The position numbers were made by a program, and so were the translations under genes. 64,000 nucleotides of DNA from Octopus sinensis (lineage: Eukaryota): positions 5,518,001-5,582,000 of the forward strand of contig NC_043007.1 in the NCBI RefSeq assembly GCF_006345805.1, in the 5' to 3' direction. Positions 11,543-23,449 of the stretch are shown one piece after another (position 1 is the stretch's first letter; each line of letters begins with the position of its first letter). The notes under the pieces were generated by a model that saw only the letters and a program-made list of their open reading frames with translations, had not been told where the DNA came from and searched no databases.

Positions 11543-12739
11543 CACGAGGGGGCACCCCAAAAGACAGGAATTTTGCAATATTATTTTATTCACTTAGTTT
11601 TGCATGTTAAGACTTTTATTACCTTCAAAGTATTCTCCATTTGAAGGAATGCATTGGTCCAGGAACGTTCTCGAAGCAGTCCTGAAAATAACACTTTCGA
11701 AGTGATATCTTTTAACTCCTCCGTCATTGCATTCTTCCCCTGTTCCACATCTGCAAAACGTTTTCCCTTAAAGAGATCTTTCAATCGGGGGAACAGGAGG
11801 AAGTCACAGGGAGCAGGATCGCGCGAATAGGGAAGGTGGGTAGGCGTGGTCATCCCCATTTTGTGGGTATTGTCGTGATGTAACTACCACTCTCCACTCG
11901 GACACAGCTCGGGACATTCACGTCTCATTGCGCCTCGCAAATTGCTCCAGAACTGCCGAGTTAAATGTCTGGTAAGTAGTTTGAACAGGAGGAACAAATT
12001 CTGTGTGGACAATTCCTTTCACATCGATGAAACAAATCAGTGTCATCTTGACATTGGACTTCATATGACGCTTCGCTTCCGGTTCGTAGCGGTAGCACCA
12101 GCTTTCGTCACCAATGATAGCCTTCAGAAAAAGGTTCAGAGCAACTTCCAACTGTTCTTTCGGTTCACAACGCGCATTCAATCGTGACTGCTTTGGTCTT
12201 TCGTGAGAGCAAGCAAGGCACGCATTTTGCTGCAGCTCTTTTCATCCACAATTCCTCCCTCAAAATTCGTTGGTAGCAGCTCCAGGATACACTAGTCATA
12301 TCAACAAGTTCGGCAACAGTCCTCCAAGATTAATTCATGAGTTTTCGAGATGTTTTCATTCGTTCGAGAGGTCGACGGTCACCCTAAACGAGATTGATCT
12401 TCAAGCGACACGTGACCATTCTTAAAGCGTGAAAACCACTCGTAAACCTGTGTTTTGTCCATGACATCATCCATGTAAACTTTTTTGAAGCATGACAACT
12501 GTTTCGGCCGCCTTCTACCCCGACAGAAAACAAAATTTCCCGGAAGCACGCTCTTCCATATTTTCAGATCGACGAGCAGGAGAGAAGCATTGCAAAACAA
12601 AGACGCACCACGTGACAGTTCGACCTCAGCAGATTGCTACCTGAGGATTGCATCAATTGGCTTCTAGCGGCAGAAGCCCGAACTACAACTAGTTTGTCCC
12701 ACAGAGAACTTTCCGGTCACTTTTGGGCACCCCTTCGTG
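11543..12739 (-). mobile_element. Mariner DNA transposon, degenerate full-length copy
   Basis: Imperfect TIRs cacgagggggcaccccaaaa (11543) and ttttgggcaccccttcgtg (ends 12739). Transposase pieces: TQVYEWFSRFKNG..SLED, IIGDESWCYRYEPE, KMTLICFIDVKGIVHTEFVPP, HLPYSRDPAPCDFLLFPRLK. Confidence 0.9.
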
Positions 12740-12777
12740 TGTGCGTGTGTGCGTGTGTGTGTATGTGTGTGTGCATG

Positions 12778-12849
<72 letters not shown>

Positions 12850-13004
12850 CATACATGCATATATATATATGAATATACATATATACATATATACATGTAC
12901 ATATGTACATGTGTATATATATACAGAAATATATATATATATATATATGCAAGTTTATAATCAAATATTCAATACATATACATATAAATAAAATTTATAC
13001 TTAC

Positions 13005-13078
13005 AGCAGTTTCTTTTCAAGTTTGCTACCGCATCCAACGATTTCTCCAAGGGTACATTCCAAATAACCAAGAAAATC
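13005..13078 (-). CDS. CPNE: Copine coding exon (74 nt; DFLGYLECTLGEIVGCGSKLEKKL(L))
   Basis: atttttaag|GAT TTT CTT GGT TAT TTG GAA TGT ACC CTT GGA GAA ATC GTT GGA...AAA CTG CT|gtaagt. Hallmark copine DFLGxxxCTLGEIVG; phase 0 in, 2 out. Confidence 0.95.
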
Positions 13079-13764
13079 CTTAAAAATACCAAAAAGTATT
13101 CTTCACACTTCACAAAAATTCTATGTTCTTAAAGACATTAAAAGAATATTATCAATTAATAAAGTTAATTCTTGCTTCAGCATTTTTAACTTTCATTTTC
13201 ACAGCCAATAATAAAATTTGAAATTAGGTGATAAGCAACTAAAACCAACACAATATTTTACTGAATTAGTACGTTTCATTAATTAAAATTACGGAGATTT
13301 AATTACAAAACAATGATTTTTCTTGATTAGAAAAAGAAATGATATGTCATTGCTACCTTCATTATTACCATTATCATCATCATCAACATCATCATCATAA
13401 CATCCTCATCCTCATCATCATCATCATAACATCATCATCATCATCGTCATCGTCATTTTACATCCACTTGCCATGCTGGTATGGGTTGGACTGATTGCCA
13501 CAGTTGGCGTTAATGCATGAACAAGGGCACTTCTCCCCTACCTTGGTTGGAGGGAGCGCATATTGTTCGCATTACATTTGTGGCATGGTGTCTGTACCTA
13601 AATGTCTTTCTCACTCTAGCCACATTACTGAATGTACTGGGCGCTTTGTCTGTGACGTCAGCACCAAAAAAGGTACCATGTTTTCAACAAGTCCAAAGGT
13701 TACTCACTCCCTTACTAAATATTGCCAAAAGCTTGGCAATACCTGCTCAGAGGCCAATGCGAAG

Positions 13765-14386
13765 TTTTCAAAAGGTTTTCATCGTTCTCGACACAACCAA
13801 AGAGATGTTATGCAACTGAAAGCCGAGGGTTCTTTTGGTTAGTTGAAAGTAGCTCTGGCACACATTTGGCAGACACAGGTTTCATACCCAAATCTTCGGC
13901 AATAAAAAGCTGAATTGAAGCGTAACTATACAGCACATCCTCTGATAACTCACAAATGGGGATTCGACGATTTACCCTCACAGCTTCACGGTCATCCGCG
14001 ATATTTTTATCAGTTCTGCTGGTTGCGGGTCTCCCAGAACGTTCGTCAATATCGACATTTTTCGGCCATCTTGGAAACGTCTGAACCACTCGTACACTTG
14101 TGTGCGGCTCCCACACTCCTTTCCACACACTTTCTGTAACTTTGCGTAGGCTTCTGAGCAGGTATCGCCATGGCTGCTTTGTCTGTCATGGTCAATGCGA
14201 CGAACACACGTTACGCGCGTTACTTCCGAACACTGCTGTAAGCTGGGGGAGTGAGCTAAAACGATAAAACTGAGTGCATATGCAGAGCAGTGTTCAGGGT
14301 CAATGTTTGCCAAGCGGCTTCACTCTGTGTCCTCTTGCTACGTTACTATGGCAACAGTCCGGATACTTAATGATCAGACAATCGTG
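13765..14386 (-). mobile_element. Mariner transposon, 5' half only
   Basis: TIR-like end cacgattgtctgatcattaagtatccggactg (minus strand from 14386). Translation RTQVYEWFRRFQDG..DERSGRPATS..DLGMKPVSAKCVPELLS.NQK..CVENDENLLKT; homology then stops. Confidence 0.8.
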
Positions 14387-14659
14387 TTTTAATGTGTCCG
14401 GTCATAGAGTAACCAATGATTTCGCACCCATAAAGCGCTTAGCTTTATAGAGGACTCATTATAGTCCAATAAAAGATCGATGCAAGATGGGTCAGAACAA
14501 TTGTAGTGACCATTAAACATTTTCGTGTCTTCTATCTTCCATCTTTCTCATTAATCAAATACTCAACAAACACCGTGAAAATGAACGTGCTTTACCGGTA
14601 AGCTACCAGGTGTATACCATACCATTTATTATCTTATGTATATATATATATGTGTGTGT

Positions 14660-14850
14660 GTGATAGATCGTTAGCCACTACACCCATTTGTTTTCTCTCC
14701 TTGTTTTTTCTGTGTCCCTTTCTGTAGAAGAGCATAGGCTCGAAACGTAAGAGACTTTTTCTATTCCTGAGCGTTATACTAATACATCTGTTTGTTTGTA
14801 CACCACCTGTCTTCGTCTTTTGTTTTTTTCGTAAACTCTTCCTACATATA
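14660..14850 (+). mobile_element. Penelope-like pseudo-LTR fragment with a hammerhead-like core variant
   Basis: Contains ccttt CTGTAGA A GAGC-atag-GCTC GAAA CG TA agag (14717-14754). An inverted homologue lies at 17005-17190, and both sit beside (TA)n. The PLE assignment is inferred from the minimal-hammerhead architecture. Confidence 0.55.
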
Positions 14851-14857
14851 TATCTAT

Positions 14858-14900
<43 letters not shown>

Positions 14901-15347
14901 GTAATATATGTAAGTTGAATCTGTTAACTCTAAACTTTTCAGACGTACCTCAAGTAATTAATGCAAATACGAGATCACTTACTTTATCACCGGGTATACC
15001 TATGAGCCATCGTAAGTGTATTAACTTCCTTCAGCTAAATGGATATTGGTAATTGAGAAACTGCTTGCTTTTAATACTGTATTTAATTTGTTAGCTGAAG
15101 TTCTCAGAAATATACGAATATCATGTAAATATATTTGCTCGTGGCAATTAATAATATCGTGATTACCTTAAATCAGTAATTCACATCAATAGAATTTTAA
15201 GAAATATAATCGATAAGATGAATGCGGTTACTGAGTACGTAGAGTCTAGCATGCAAAATTGAAAATTAATGGAATTATCATATCATAGTACATACATGTA
15301 CACATTTACACACACACAAATGCACAATATCCCCCCACCATATATAT

Positions 15348-15393
<46 letters not shown>

Positions 15394-15394
<1 letters not shown>

Positions 15395-15442
15395 GGCTGA
15401 TAATTTGCTTACCACTCGTGGTGTATTTAATAATACCATCCC

Positions 15443-15510
<68 letters not shown>

Positions 15511-15563
15511 TATACGGCTGAATAATTTGCTTACCACTCGTGGTGGTATTTTAATAATACCAT

Positions 15564-15623
<60 letters not shown>

Positions 15624-15765
15624 TATATATCGGCTGATAATTGCTTACCACTCGTGGTGGTTTTTAAATAAATACCATATATATATAATATATATATATA
15701 TATTATTATATATACGGCTGATAATTTGCTTACCACTCGTGGTGGTATTTTAATAATACCATCCC

Positions 15766-15797
<32 letters not shown>

Positions 15798-15932
15798 CGG
15801 CTGATAATTTGCTTACCACTCGTGGTGGTATTTTAATAATACCATCCCTATATAATTATATATATATATATATATATATTACGGCTGATAATTTGCTTAC
15901 CACTCGTGGTGGTATTTTAATAATACCATCCC
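15394..15932. repeat. Array of six ~51-bp units separated by variable (TA)n spacers
   Basis: Unit cggctgataatttgcttaccactcgtggtggtattttaataataccatccc starts at 15394, 15515, 15631, 15715, 15798 and 15882. Confidence 0.95.
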
Positions 15933-15937
15933 TATAT

Positions 15938-15968
<31 letters not shown>

Positions 15969-16011
15969 TATATATATAATATATATATATAATATGTATA
16001 TATATATATAT

Positions 16012-16078
<67 letters not shown>

Positions 16079-16434
16079 AATAATATATAGTCTGGTTGTC
16101 TGTCTGCCTAACAGCTCTGTCTAGTTCTTGGATTAGTCCAGATACTTGAGAAAATCCGACGCTTCAACGCTTCCAGATTGAACATGTCAAAGTATCATGT
16201 ATTTGAGTCGATGATAATTTCTACTTGTTTTGTTATTGATTCAGCTTGGACACCCAATTGCATAAATGCATATTATTATATCGACCAATCACTGAGTCTT
16301 TGAAATAGACGCAAAGAGCTATAACTCTTCCTTTGCCAAATATATTTATGCGACGTTTATGAAACATCTTTTATAAATGATATCATACTTTGTATACGTG
16401 CTTGTCCAACTTATATATATATATATATATATAT

Positions 16435-16482
<48 letters not shown>

Positions 16483-16543
16483 AATATATTAAATAAAAAA
16501 AAAAATATATATATATGTATGTTATATATATATATATATTATG

Positions 16544-16583
<40 letters not shown>

Positions 16584-16603
16584 TATATATTATATATATA
16601 TAA

Positions 16604-16846
16604 TAATATAATTCGAGACAAAACCACTACTTTGCAAACCAACAAGGAAAGACTTAATCAATACATAAAATTTTTAATATAAATTAAAACAGATTAGGAG
16701 ATCGAAAGTCCACCTGATGAATGTCATTGAAGACATGAAACGATTGTAGTGGCGGTTTATTTCTTTATATAAAAATTTTTATGTATTGATTAAGTCTTTC
16801 CTTGTTTGTTTTGCAAAGTAGTGGTTTTGTCTCGAATTATATTATA
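16604..16846. repeat. Long inverted repeat (~70-bp arms) enclosing a hammerhead; probable Penelope-like element end
   Basis: Arm 16604-16675 is the near-perfect reverse complement of 16771-16846 (about 1 substitution and 2 indels). Confidence 0.9.
16710..16752 (+). ncRNA. Type I minimal hammerhead ribozyme
   Basis: CCAC CTGATGA ATGTC-attgaa-GACAT GAAA CGATTG TA GTGG. Canonical CUGAUGA/GAAA core, 5-bp stem II, stem I CCAC/GTGG, near-palindromic stem III and predicted cleavage after GUA at 16748. Confidence 0.8.
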
Positions 16847-16930
16847 ATATTTTACTATAGAATTGGATTTAATCCTAAATCTGATTTTTCCCTGTAAATT
16901 TGGATTTATTCCCTAATATTTATTATTATT

Positions 16931-17003
<73 letters not shown>

Positions 17004-17004
17004 A

Positions 17005-17190
17005 TATAGGTAGAGTTTACGAAAAAACAAAAGACGAAGACAGGTGGTGTAGAAAACAAACAGAGGTATTAGTAAAACGCTCAGGAATAGAAAAAGTCTT
17101 TTACGTTTCGAGTCTACGCTCTTCTGCAGAAAGAGACACGGAAAAAACAAGGAGAGAAAAAATGTGTGTAGTGGCTAACGATCTATCATG
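17005..17190 (-). mobile_element. Penelope-like pseudo-LTR fragment (inverted copy of 14660-14850)
   Basis: The reverse complement aligns with 14660-14850. It contains TCTTT CTGCAGA A GAG-cgtaga-CTC GAAA CG TA AAAGA (17134-17097). Confidence 0.55.
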
Positions 17191-17191
17191 G

Positions 17192-17238
<47 letters not shown>

Positions 17239-17239
<1 letters not shown>

Positions 17240-18636
17240 CAGTCATCCCATAAGTTCTGTCTGAATTTTAAATAAAGAAAACAAGTGATAAAATTAATTG
17301 CAGCGTGGAAGGTGTGTATAAGCCATTTAAGAAACGTACAAAACCGTTAGATTCACTTCAACATATGAATTTAATTTGTCAAAATATTTTCGTCGCTTTG
17401 AGACCGCAACTTGTTCACTTAAAAAATTCCGTGCTAACTGAAATTTAATTATCAATGTACTTTCCCTGATTATCTATGACTTTCTTCCATCTATTTACAA
17501 GTATTTAATCCTATCAATGTAAAACTCCTTTGGTTTCAAAGCGAAGAACTCTGAAATATCAGTTTCGACCTCCTCCTGGCTTGCGAAAGTTATAACCCTC
17601 AAATGATTCTGTAAACTACGAAGTCAGAAGGGGGAGTAAGGTGGATGAGGAAGTTTTTCCCAACCAAGCTCTTCGATCTTCTGTGATGGGATCTTTGCAG
17701 TGTGGAATCGCGCATTGTTCTGATGAAACATCACTCCTCTTCGATTCACTGAAGCGGGTCTTTTTTTTCTTCAAAGCTTGGTTCAAACGCTCTAATTACT
17801 GACAGTAGACATGAGCATTGATTGTTGCATTAGGTGGTAACAATTGAAAGTAAATTACTCCTTTGAAATCCCACCAGATAGAGAGAAGAACCTTTTTCCT
17901 ATGAAGTTCCCTTCTAGGTTGTGGTTGAGCCTTTTCCCTTTTACACAGTCACTGATTACGACGTTTAACATTTCGATAGAAGATCCATTTTTCGTCACCA
18001 GTCACAAGTCTATCCAAAAAGGGTGAAATGAGTTAGTGAGAATGGAGAGAAGAGCAGATGTCAACTCGAGATTTGCGGTTGCTTTCGGACAATTCATGAG
18101 GCACCCATTTTCCAAGTTTAGGAACCTTTCCAAGTTGTTGAAGATGATGATCAACAATTGTATGGTTTGAACTAAGCTTTATTGCCAACTATTCAACTGA
18201 TAATGCAGGATTTTCTTCAAGTAATGTCTCAAGGAGCTTATCAGGAAACTCAACTGGACGTCCTGTTCGATCTTCATCTTCAAGGCTGAAATCTCCACTT
18301 CTGAATTTTGCAAACCATCTTCTGTAAGTTCTTTCATTCAAGCATTATTTCCCATAAACTGAGTGTATGTTTCGAATCGCTTCGACCGCAGAGTTTCCTT
18401 TTTTGTACTCATAAAGCATTATGTGCCTTAAATGCTCTTTGAATACTTCCATGTTAAAAAGGGTTTTAATCAAAGAAATTTTAATTCTATTATTCTGTAA
18501 AATAACATTTAATTATTTTAAATGTACACAAATGCATAAAAATAATTCTTAATTCCATTAGACATTCAAAATACTATTAAATTTCATTCAATTTTTAAAA
18601 AAGGTAAAATCGGACAAAACTTATGTGATGACCTGA
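17239..18636 (-). mobile_element. Mariner transposon, full-length degenerate copy with TA target duplication
   Basis: TA|tcagtcatcccataagttctgtctg ... cggacaaaacttatgtgatgacctga|TA. The transposase from ATG 18452 reads MEVFKEHLRHIMLYEYKKG..RRWFAKFRSGDFSLEDEDRTGRP..GKWVPHELSE..LVTGDEKWIFY..KKVLLSIWWD..HQNNARFH..PHPPYS, with several stops. Confidence 0.93.
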
Positions 18637-19996
18637 TATCACGAGAGATCCTTTATCGCTTATAGAAAACAGCACCCAGTTAAATTAGTAATTAAATTCA
18701 GAGGGTGGAGCGTTTCAGTGACTTTATACCCATCAGTCATCTGACTCTGGGTGGCCCTTTTCTCGATAACCAAAAACATACTCCTTACTAATTTACTTCC
18801 CATTCTGAAACGCCACCTTTGTCTCTTATCCACCCTTGCCTTTCGTACATATTTCTAACTTCACACTTGTGAAACATTTTGTCAGACGATGTTTAGTAAA
18901 TGGTTTCTTTGCTGAAACAATACCGACCATTTTGTAAGAATATGCATAAATCTAGTTACATAATACTCTGAATCCGACGCTCAGGTATTTCTTAGTTGTG
19001 GCCTAATACGATTACCTGATCAATTCTTCTGGATGTATAATGCATCTATACATACATAAATATCTATATGCACACATACACACATATATAACATTCATAA
19101 TCTATACACATATACATACATAGTTACATGTGCGTATATATATATATATATTTAGTTAGATAAATATATATTTGTGTGTGAGTAAATGAGTGTGTGTGTG
19201 TATGCGTGAGTACAGTTGCAGTTTGGAATTCAATCTTCAACGTACTCAAAAGCGTATATTCAGCTAATTGATTATGTTCAATAGAGTTCTGTTGAAATGA
19301 ATTATTGATTTCTTGCATATAAGGTTATCGGTTTATGTAACATTAACTGCCTTGGGTGAATATATTTACATCGTTTTGGTACATTTCTTAGAACTTTAGT
19401 AAATTTAGCAGTGTAATTAAGAGCAGGTAGCTTCACAATGATTTTCTTCGTCTGGAACTACATCATACCCTCTCACCCCAGTTTACATATATGGCAATAT
19501 GCTTCTGCACAAAGCAAACAGAGAAGCAATTATATGTGACCTACAGCTCGTTGACAGGTTTTCCACACACAATTCTTTTGATATCAATGAGACTTAACAG
19601 AGGATGGAGGCTATAGTTAACCAAAATGAGCTTAAACAACGCTCCGACACAAGTAGTGAACAAATGTAGGAATAAGATGACAAAACAGAGCAAGAAACCT
19701 CATCAAGAAAATAAAAGATTGAAAATAAAAAAAGAAAAACAAGAAAAATTAAAGGTTAGCTTTGTGATTAAGAAGAGCTGTTGGAAATGATGTGGTTTCA
19801 CGTTCGGTTTCGTCGTGTAGTTATTTGGGCCAAGTCTATTCTCCAATATGTCCCCAGTTTGATCAATGGCTGTAGGTGAATTTGATTGGCAGAAAACTGA
19901 CTAGAAGCTCACTGTTGGTGGTGTGTGTGAGTGCACACACACGCACGCATAAAACACGTACACGTATGTATATATATACATATACAAGTACACACG

Positions 19997-20039
<43 letters not shown>

Positions 20040-20091
20040 GCCTGAAACACACACACACACACTCACACACACACACACCACACACACATAT

Positions 20092-20165
<74 letters not shown>

Positions 20166-20168
<3 letters not shown>

Positions 20169-20970
20169 CAGACATTTGATAAGACAGGCAGAGAAAAACG
20201 ATAACTGGATTACTAAAAGAGATTTAAAATCGGAAACCGAGTTTCTAATCTGTGCTGCCCAAAAGCAAGCACTAAGAGCAAACTACATGAAGTAAAGAAT
20301 TGACAGCACATCAGAAAGTGATAAGTGCAGAATCCGTTGACAAAACGGTGAAACCGTATGGTATATTACCAGCCAATGTACGCCACTATCCCAGAAAGAA
20401 TTTAAGAGACGCCACGACAATATAGCCAGGCGTGTCCATTGAACACTTTGCAATAAGTATGGATTTGACAGAGCAAAAAATTGGTACGACCACAAACCCA
20501 AAGGCATCGTTGAAAATAGAAATGCAAAGGTCCTATGGGATTTTATGATTCAGTGCGACCATGAAATAGAGAATAGGAAGCCGGACATAATCTTAATTGA
20601 GAAAGAAAACAAGCTATGCTGGATCGTAGTTATAGCATGCCCAGCTGATAACAAGGTATGCGATAAGGAAGAAAAAAAATCGAGAGATATGACAGGTTAG
20701 CTTGGGAGGTTAAGCAGTTGTGGTCGATGAAAAAGGTAGCCATAGTACCAATAATTGTCGGAGCCCTGAGAACAGTGAGCAAAAATCTCGAGAAGTACTT
20801 GGAAGAAACAGGGGCGGCAATAAGGTGGAGCACTTGCAGAAAACAGCACAGCTTGGAATCGCTCGAATACTCCGGAAGGTGCTCGAAATATAAGAGATGT
20901 TACCTCACTTCACTGGTAATGAATAGCTGATACTGTACTACATCTCCAGTGTTAGAAGTTTTGCAAAGGC
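20166..20970 (+). mobile_element. R4/Dong-clade LINE 3' fragment A (zinc knuckle + RLE), followed by (AAC)n
   Basis: LKSETEFLICAAQKQALRANY..DKCRI...ETVWYITSQC..RRHDNIARRVH..LWDFMIQCDHEIENRKPDIILIEKE..CPAD..VPIIVGAL..ARILRKVLEI* (stop 20891-20893); (AAC)n at 20971-20990. Confidence 0.85.
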
Positions 20971-21009
20971 AACAACAACAACAACAACAATAAGCCTATC
21001 ACTGATTCA

Positions 21010-21928
21010 AAAAACATCATGCTAAAAGCAAAGAAGGCTTGCATGAATAATATCGAAGACAACTGGAAAGGTAAACCCTTGTATGGAAAATACTCTAACA
21101 ACCAGTCCAAGCCAGATGTTGAGCAGAACCTAACACACCAATGGCTACAAGGGCCAGGTCTGAAAGGGGAAACATAAGGTTTTGTTATTGCAGCGCATGA
21201 TCAGAGCTTACATACAATAAACTACCAAGCAAACGTCTTTAAAGATGAATGTGACCCCTCATGCAAAATTTGAGGAAAATTCACAAAGGCAATTGATCAT
21301 GTTGTTTCTGGCTGCCCAGTCCTTGCTGAAAAGGAGTACCTCATAAGACATGACAGACTAGGGCAGTACATCCACTGGAATGCTTGTAAATACTACAAAA
21401 TTAAATCCCTTAATTAATGGTACAGGCACCATCCAGAGGATGTAGTAAATGACGAGGGCACCACCATCCTTTGGCACTTCACAATACAAACAGACAGAAA
21501 AACTGACTCCAATCGACCAGGATCAAGGACTTCAACAGAGGAACTTGTCTGTTAATAGATATATCTGTCCCACAAGATCAAAATGTCTCAAGAGAGGAAT
21601 ACAAAAAGCTTTCTCACTATAAAGATCTGCAAATTGAAATCACAAAAATGTGGAAGCTTAGTACTACGATAATACCAGTAGTAATAAAGAAGGGAGCTGA
21701 GCAGTATATTAAGCAACTCCCTAGTAACTCCAATGTCCGTGAACTACAAAAGATAACCTTGATGGGTACAGCCCATATACTACGGAAAGCGCTCTCCATC
21801 TAAAATGGAATAAATGTGGTGATTATTTTAGCATGCATAGCAAAACAAAAGTGCCCTTGCTACTCTTGGCCTCTGGATGATTCCCGGTACTAAGGTAGCT
21901 GAAATAAAGTTATAATGAAAAAAAATAC

Positions 21929-21930
<2 letters not shown>
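21010..21930 (+). mobile_element. R4/Dong-clade LINE 3' fragment B (different subfamily), followed by (AAT)n
   Basis: WKGKPLYGKY..WLQGPGLKGET.GFVIAAHDQSL..CKI..AIDHVVSGCPVLAEKEYLIRHD..LWHFTIQTDRK..NRP..LIDISVPQD..YKDLQIEITKMW..TAHILRKALSI* (stop 21801-21803); (AAT)n at 21931-21955. Confidence 0.85.
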
Positions 21931-21959
<29 letters not shown>

Positions 21960-22154
21960 CAACAACAACAACAGCAACAAAAATAAAATGATTTTCACAA
22001 CGTCATAGTAACTATGAGCTACGAAAGAGCCATAGTGGAATAATGAGTTATTGAAAATGACTTAAACCAAACTCAAAAGCGTTCTAGGTTTTTGACAAAA
22101 GACAAGCAAAGCGCCAATATCCAAGAAAGAAGAAAAAATTGGAACATTACGAAC

Positions 22155-22194
22155 CTGTTGATCCAAAGAACCGTTTGCAGAATCTACATCATAT
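22155..22194 (-). CDS. CPNE: Copine coding exon (40 nt; (L)YDVDSANGSLDQQ)
   Basis: ttttcgtttag|A TAT GAT GTA GAT TCT GCA AAC GGT TCT TTG GAT CAA CAG|gttcgt. Carries the C2 YDxD calcium-loop aspartates; phase 2 in, 0 out. Confidence 0.93.
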
Positions 22195-22236
22195 CTAAAC
22201 GAAAAGAAAAACATAATAATAATAGTAGTAGTATTA

Positions 22237-22318
<82 letters not shown>

Positions 22319-22519
22319 TGATGATGATGATGATGATGATAATAATAATAATGATGATGATACAAATAAATAGAAGAGTGCTAGATGCCGAAATAACGTT
22401 CAACCAATATCACATGATATGGCACTCTTCTATTTATTCGTGTAGAACTTCTGGATGAGTTACCTCGGTCCTATATAGTCTTGATAATAATGATAATAAT
22501 GATAATGATTTCATTTATT

Positions 22520-22880
22520 TGTTACAAGGGTGAAGGATAAGGGAGACAATACAAAAGCAGACTTAAAGTGTCCAGGTTTACATATAATAATGAAATGATT
22601 ATAAAAGAAAAGGAAAGAAAATAAGTATACTCTGTATACACTGAAAAAGAAGGGACATAGGCATGGCGTACAAAGGTTTTTAAAAAAAGTGGTGGGGAGG
22701 ATGATAGAGATGTGGCCCTCCTGATACTGGAAGGCCTCTAGGGATAATCGAGGAACCCTACTGTCTTAGATTTCCCTGAAACCCAGGAGCAAGTGCCCTC
22801 TCCAATTCCTTTTCTCCGACTCACAGGTCTACACTTAGAGAGGTACCATTCACTCTTGCCATTTTCGCAACTTACACCCA
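22520..22880 (-). mobile_element. Possible LINE 3' end remnant (L1/Tx1-like)
   Basis: Only a short degraded reading (..VAKMARVNGTSLSVDL*) and a tail next to (AAT)n. The family call is from memory and weak. Confidence 0.3.
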
Positions 22881-22881
22881 C

Positions 22882-22914
<33 letters not shown>

Positions 22915-22930
22915 CATATCATCATCATCA

Positions 22931-23205
<275 letters not shown>

Positions 23206-23211
23206 CATATA

Positions 23212-23245
<34 letters not shown>

Positions 23246-23345
23246 GTATACATACCCTCCCCCCCACACACATGCATATACATTTACTTGAAGAAAGGTT
23301 TGAAATGGAGGTAAAAAGGAGAGAAGGCATGAAAGGTTAACTCAC

Positions 23346-23449
23346 AGTTCAAATTTGAGGTGTTGACATTCTTCAAAGTAATATGACATAACAAATTTTT
23401 TGATGAAGTCAGGGTTTAGAGTGTCTTTGATTGTTTCAGTTCTGCCAAA
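23346..23449 (-). CDS. CPNE: Copine coding exon (104 nt; [34 protein letters not shown](L))
   Basis: tttcttttcag|TTT GGC AGA ACT GAA ACA ATC AAA GAC ACT CTA AAC CCT GAC TTC...TTT GAA CT|gtgagt. Hallmark GRTExIxxTLNPxF...YxFEExQxLKF. Confidence 0.96.

Noticed and set aside
15394-15932. CRISPR array
   Set aside because: The spacers are only (TA)n rather than unique sequence, there are no cas genes, and the context is a eukaryotic intron.
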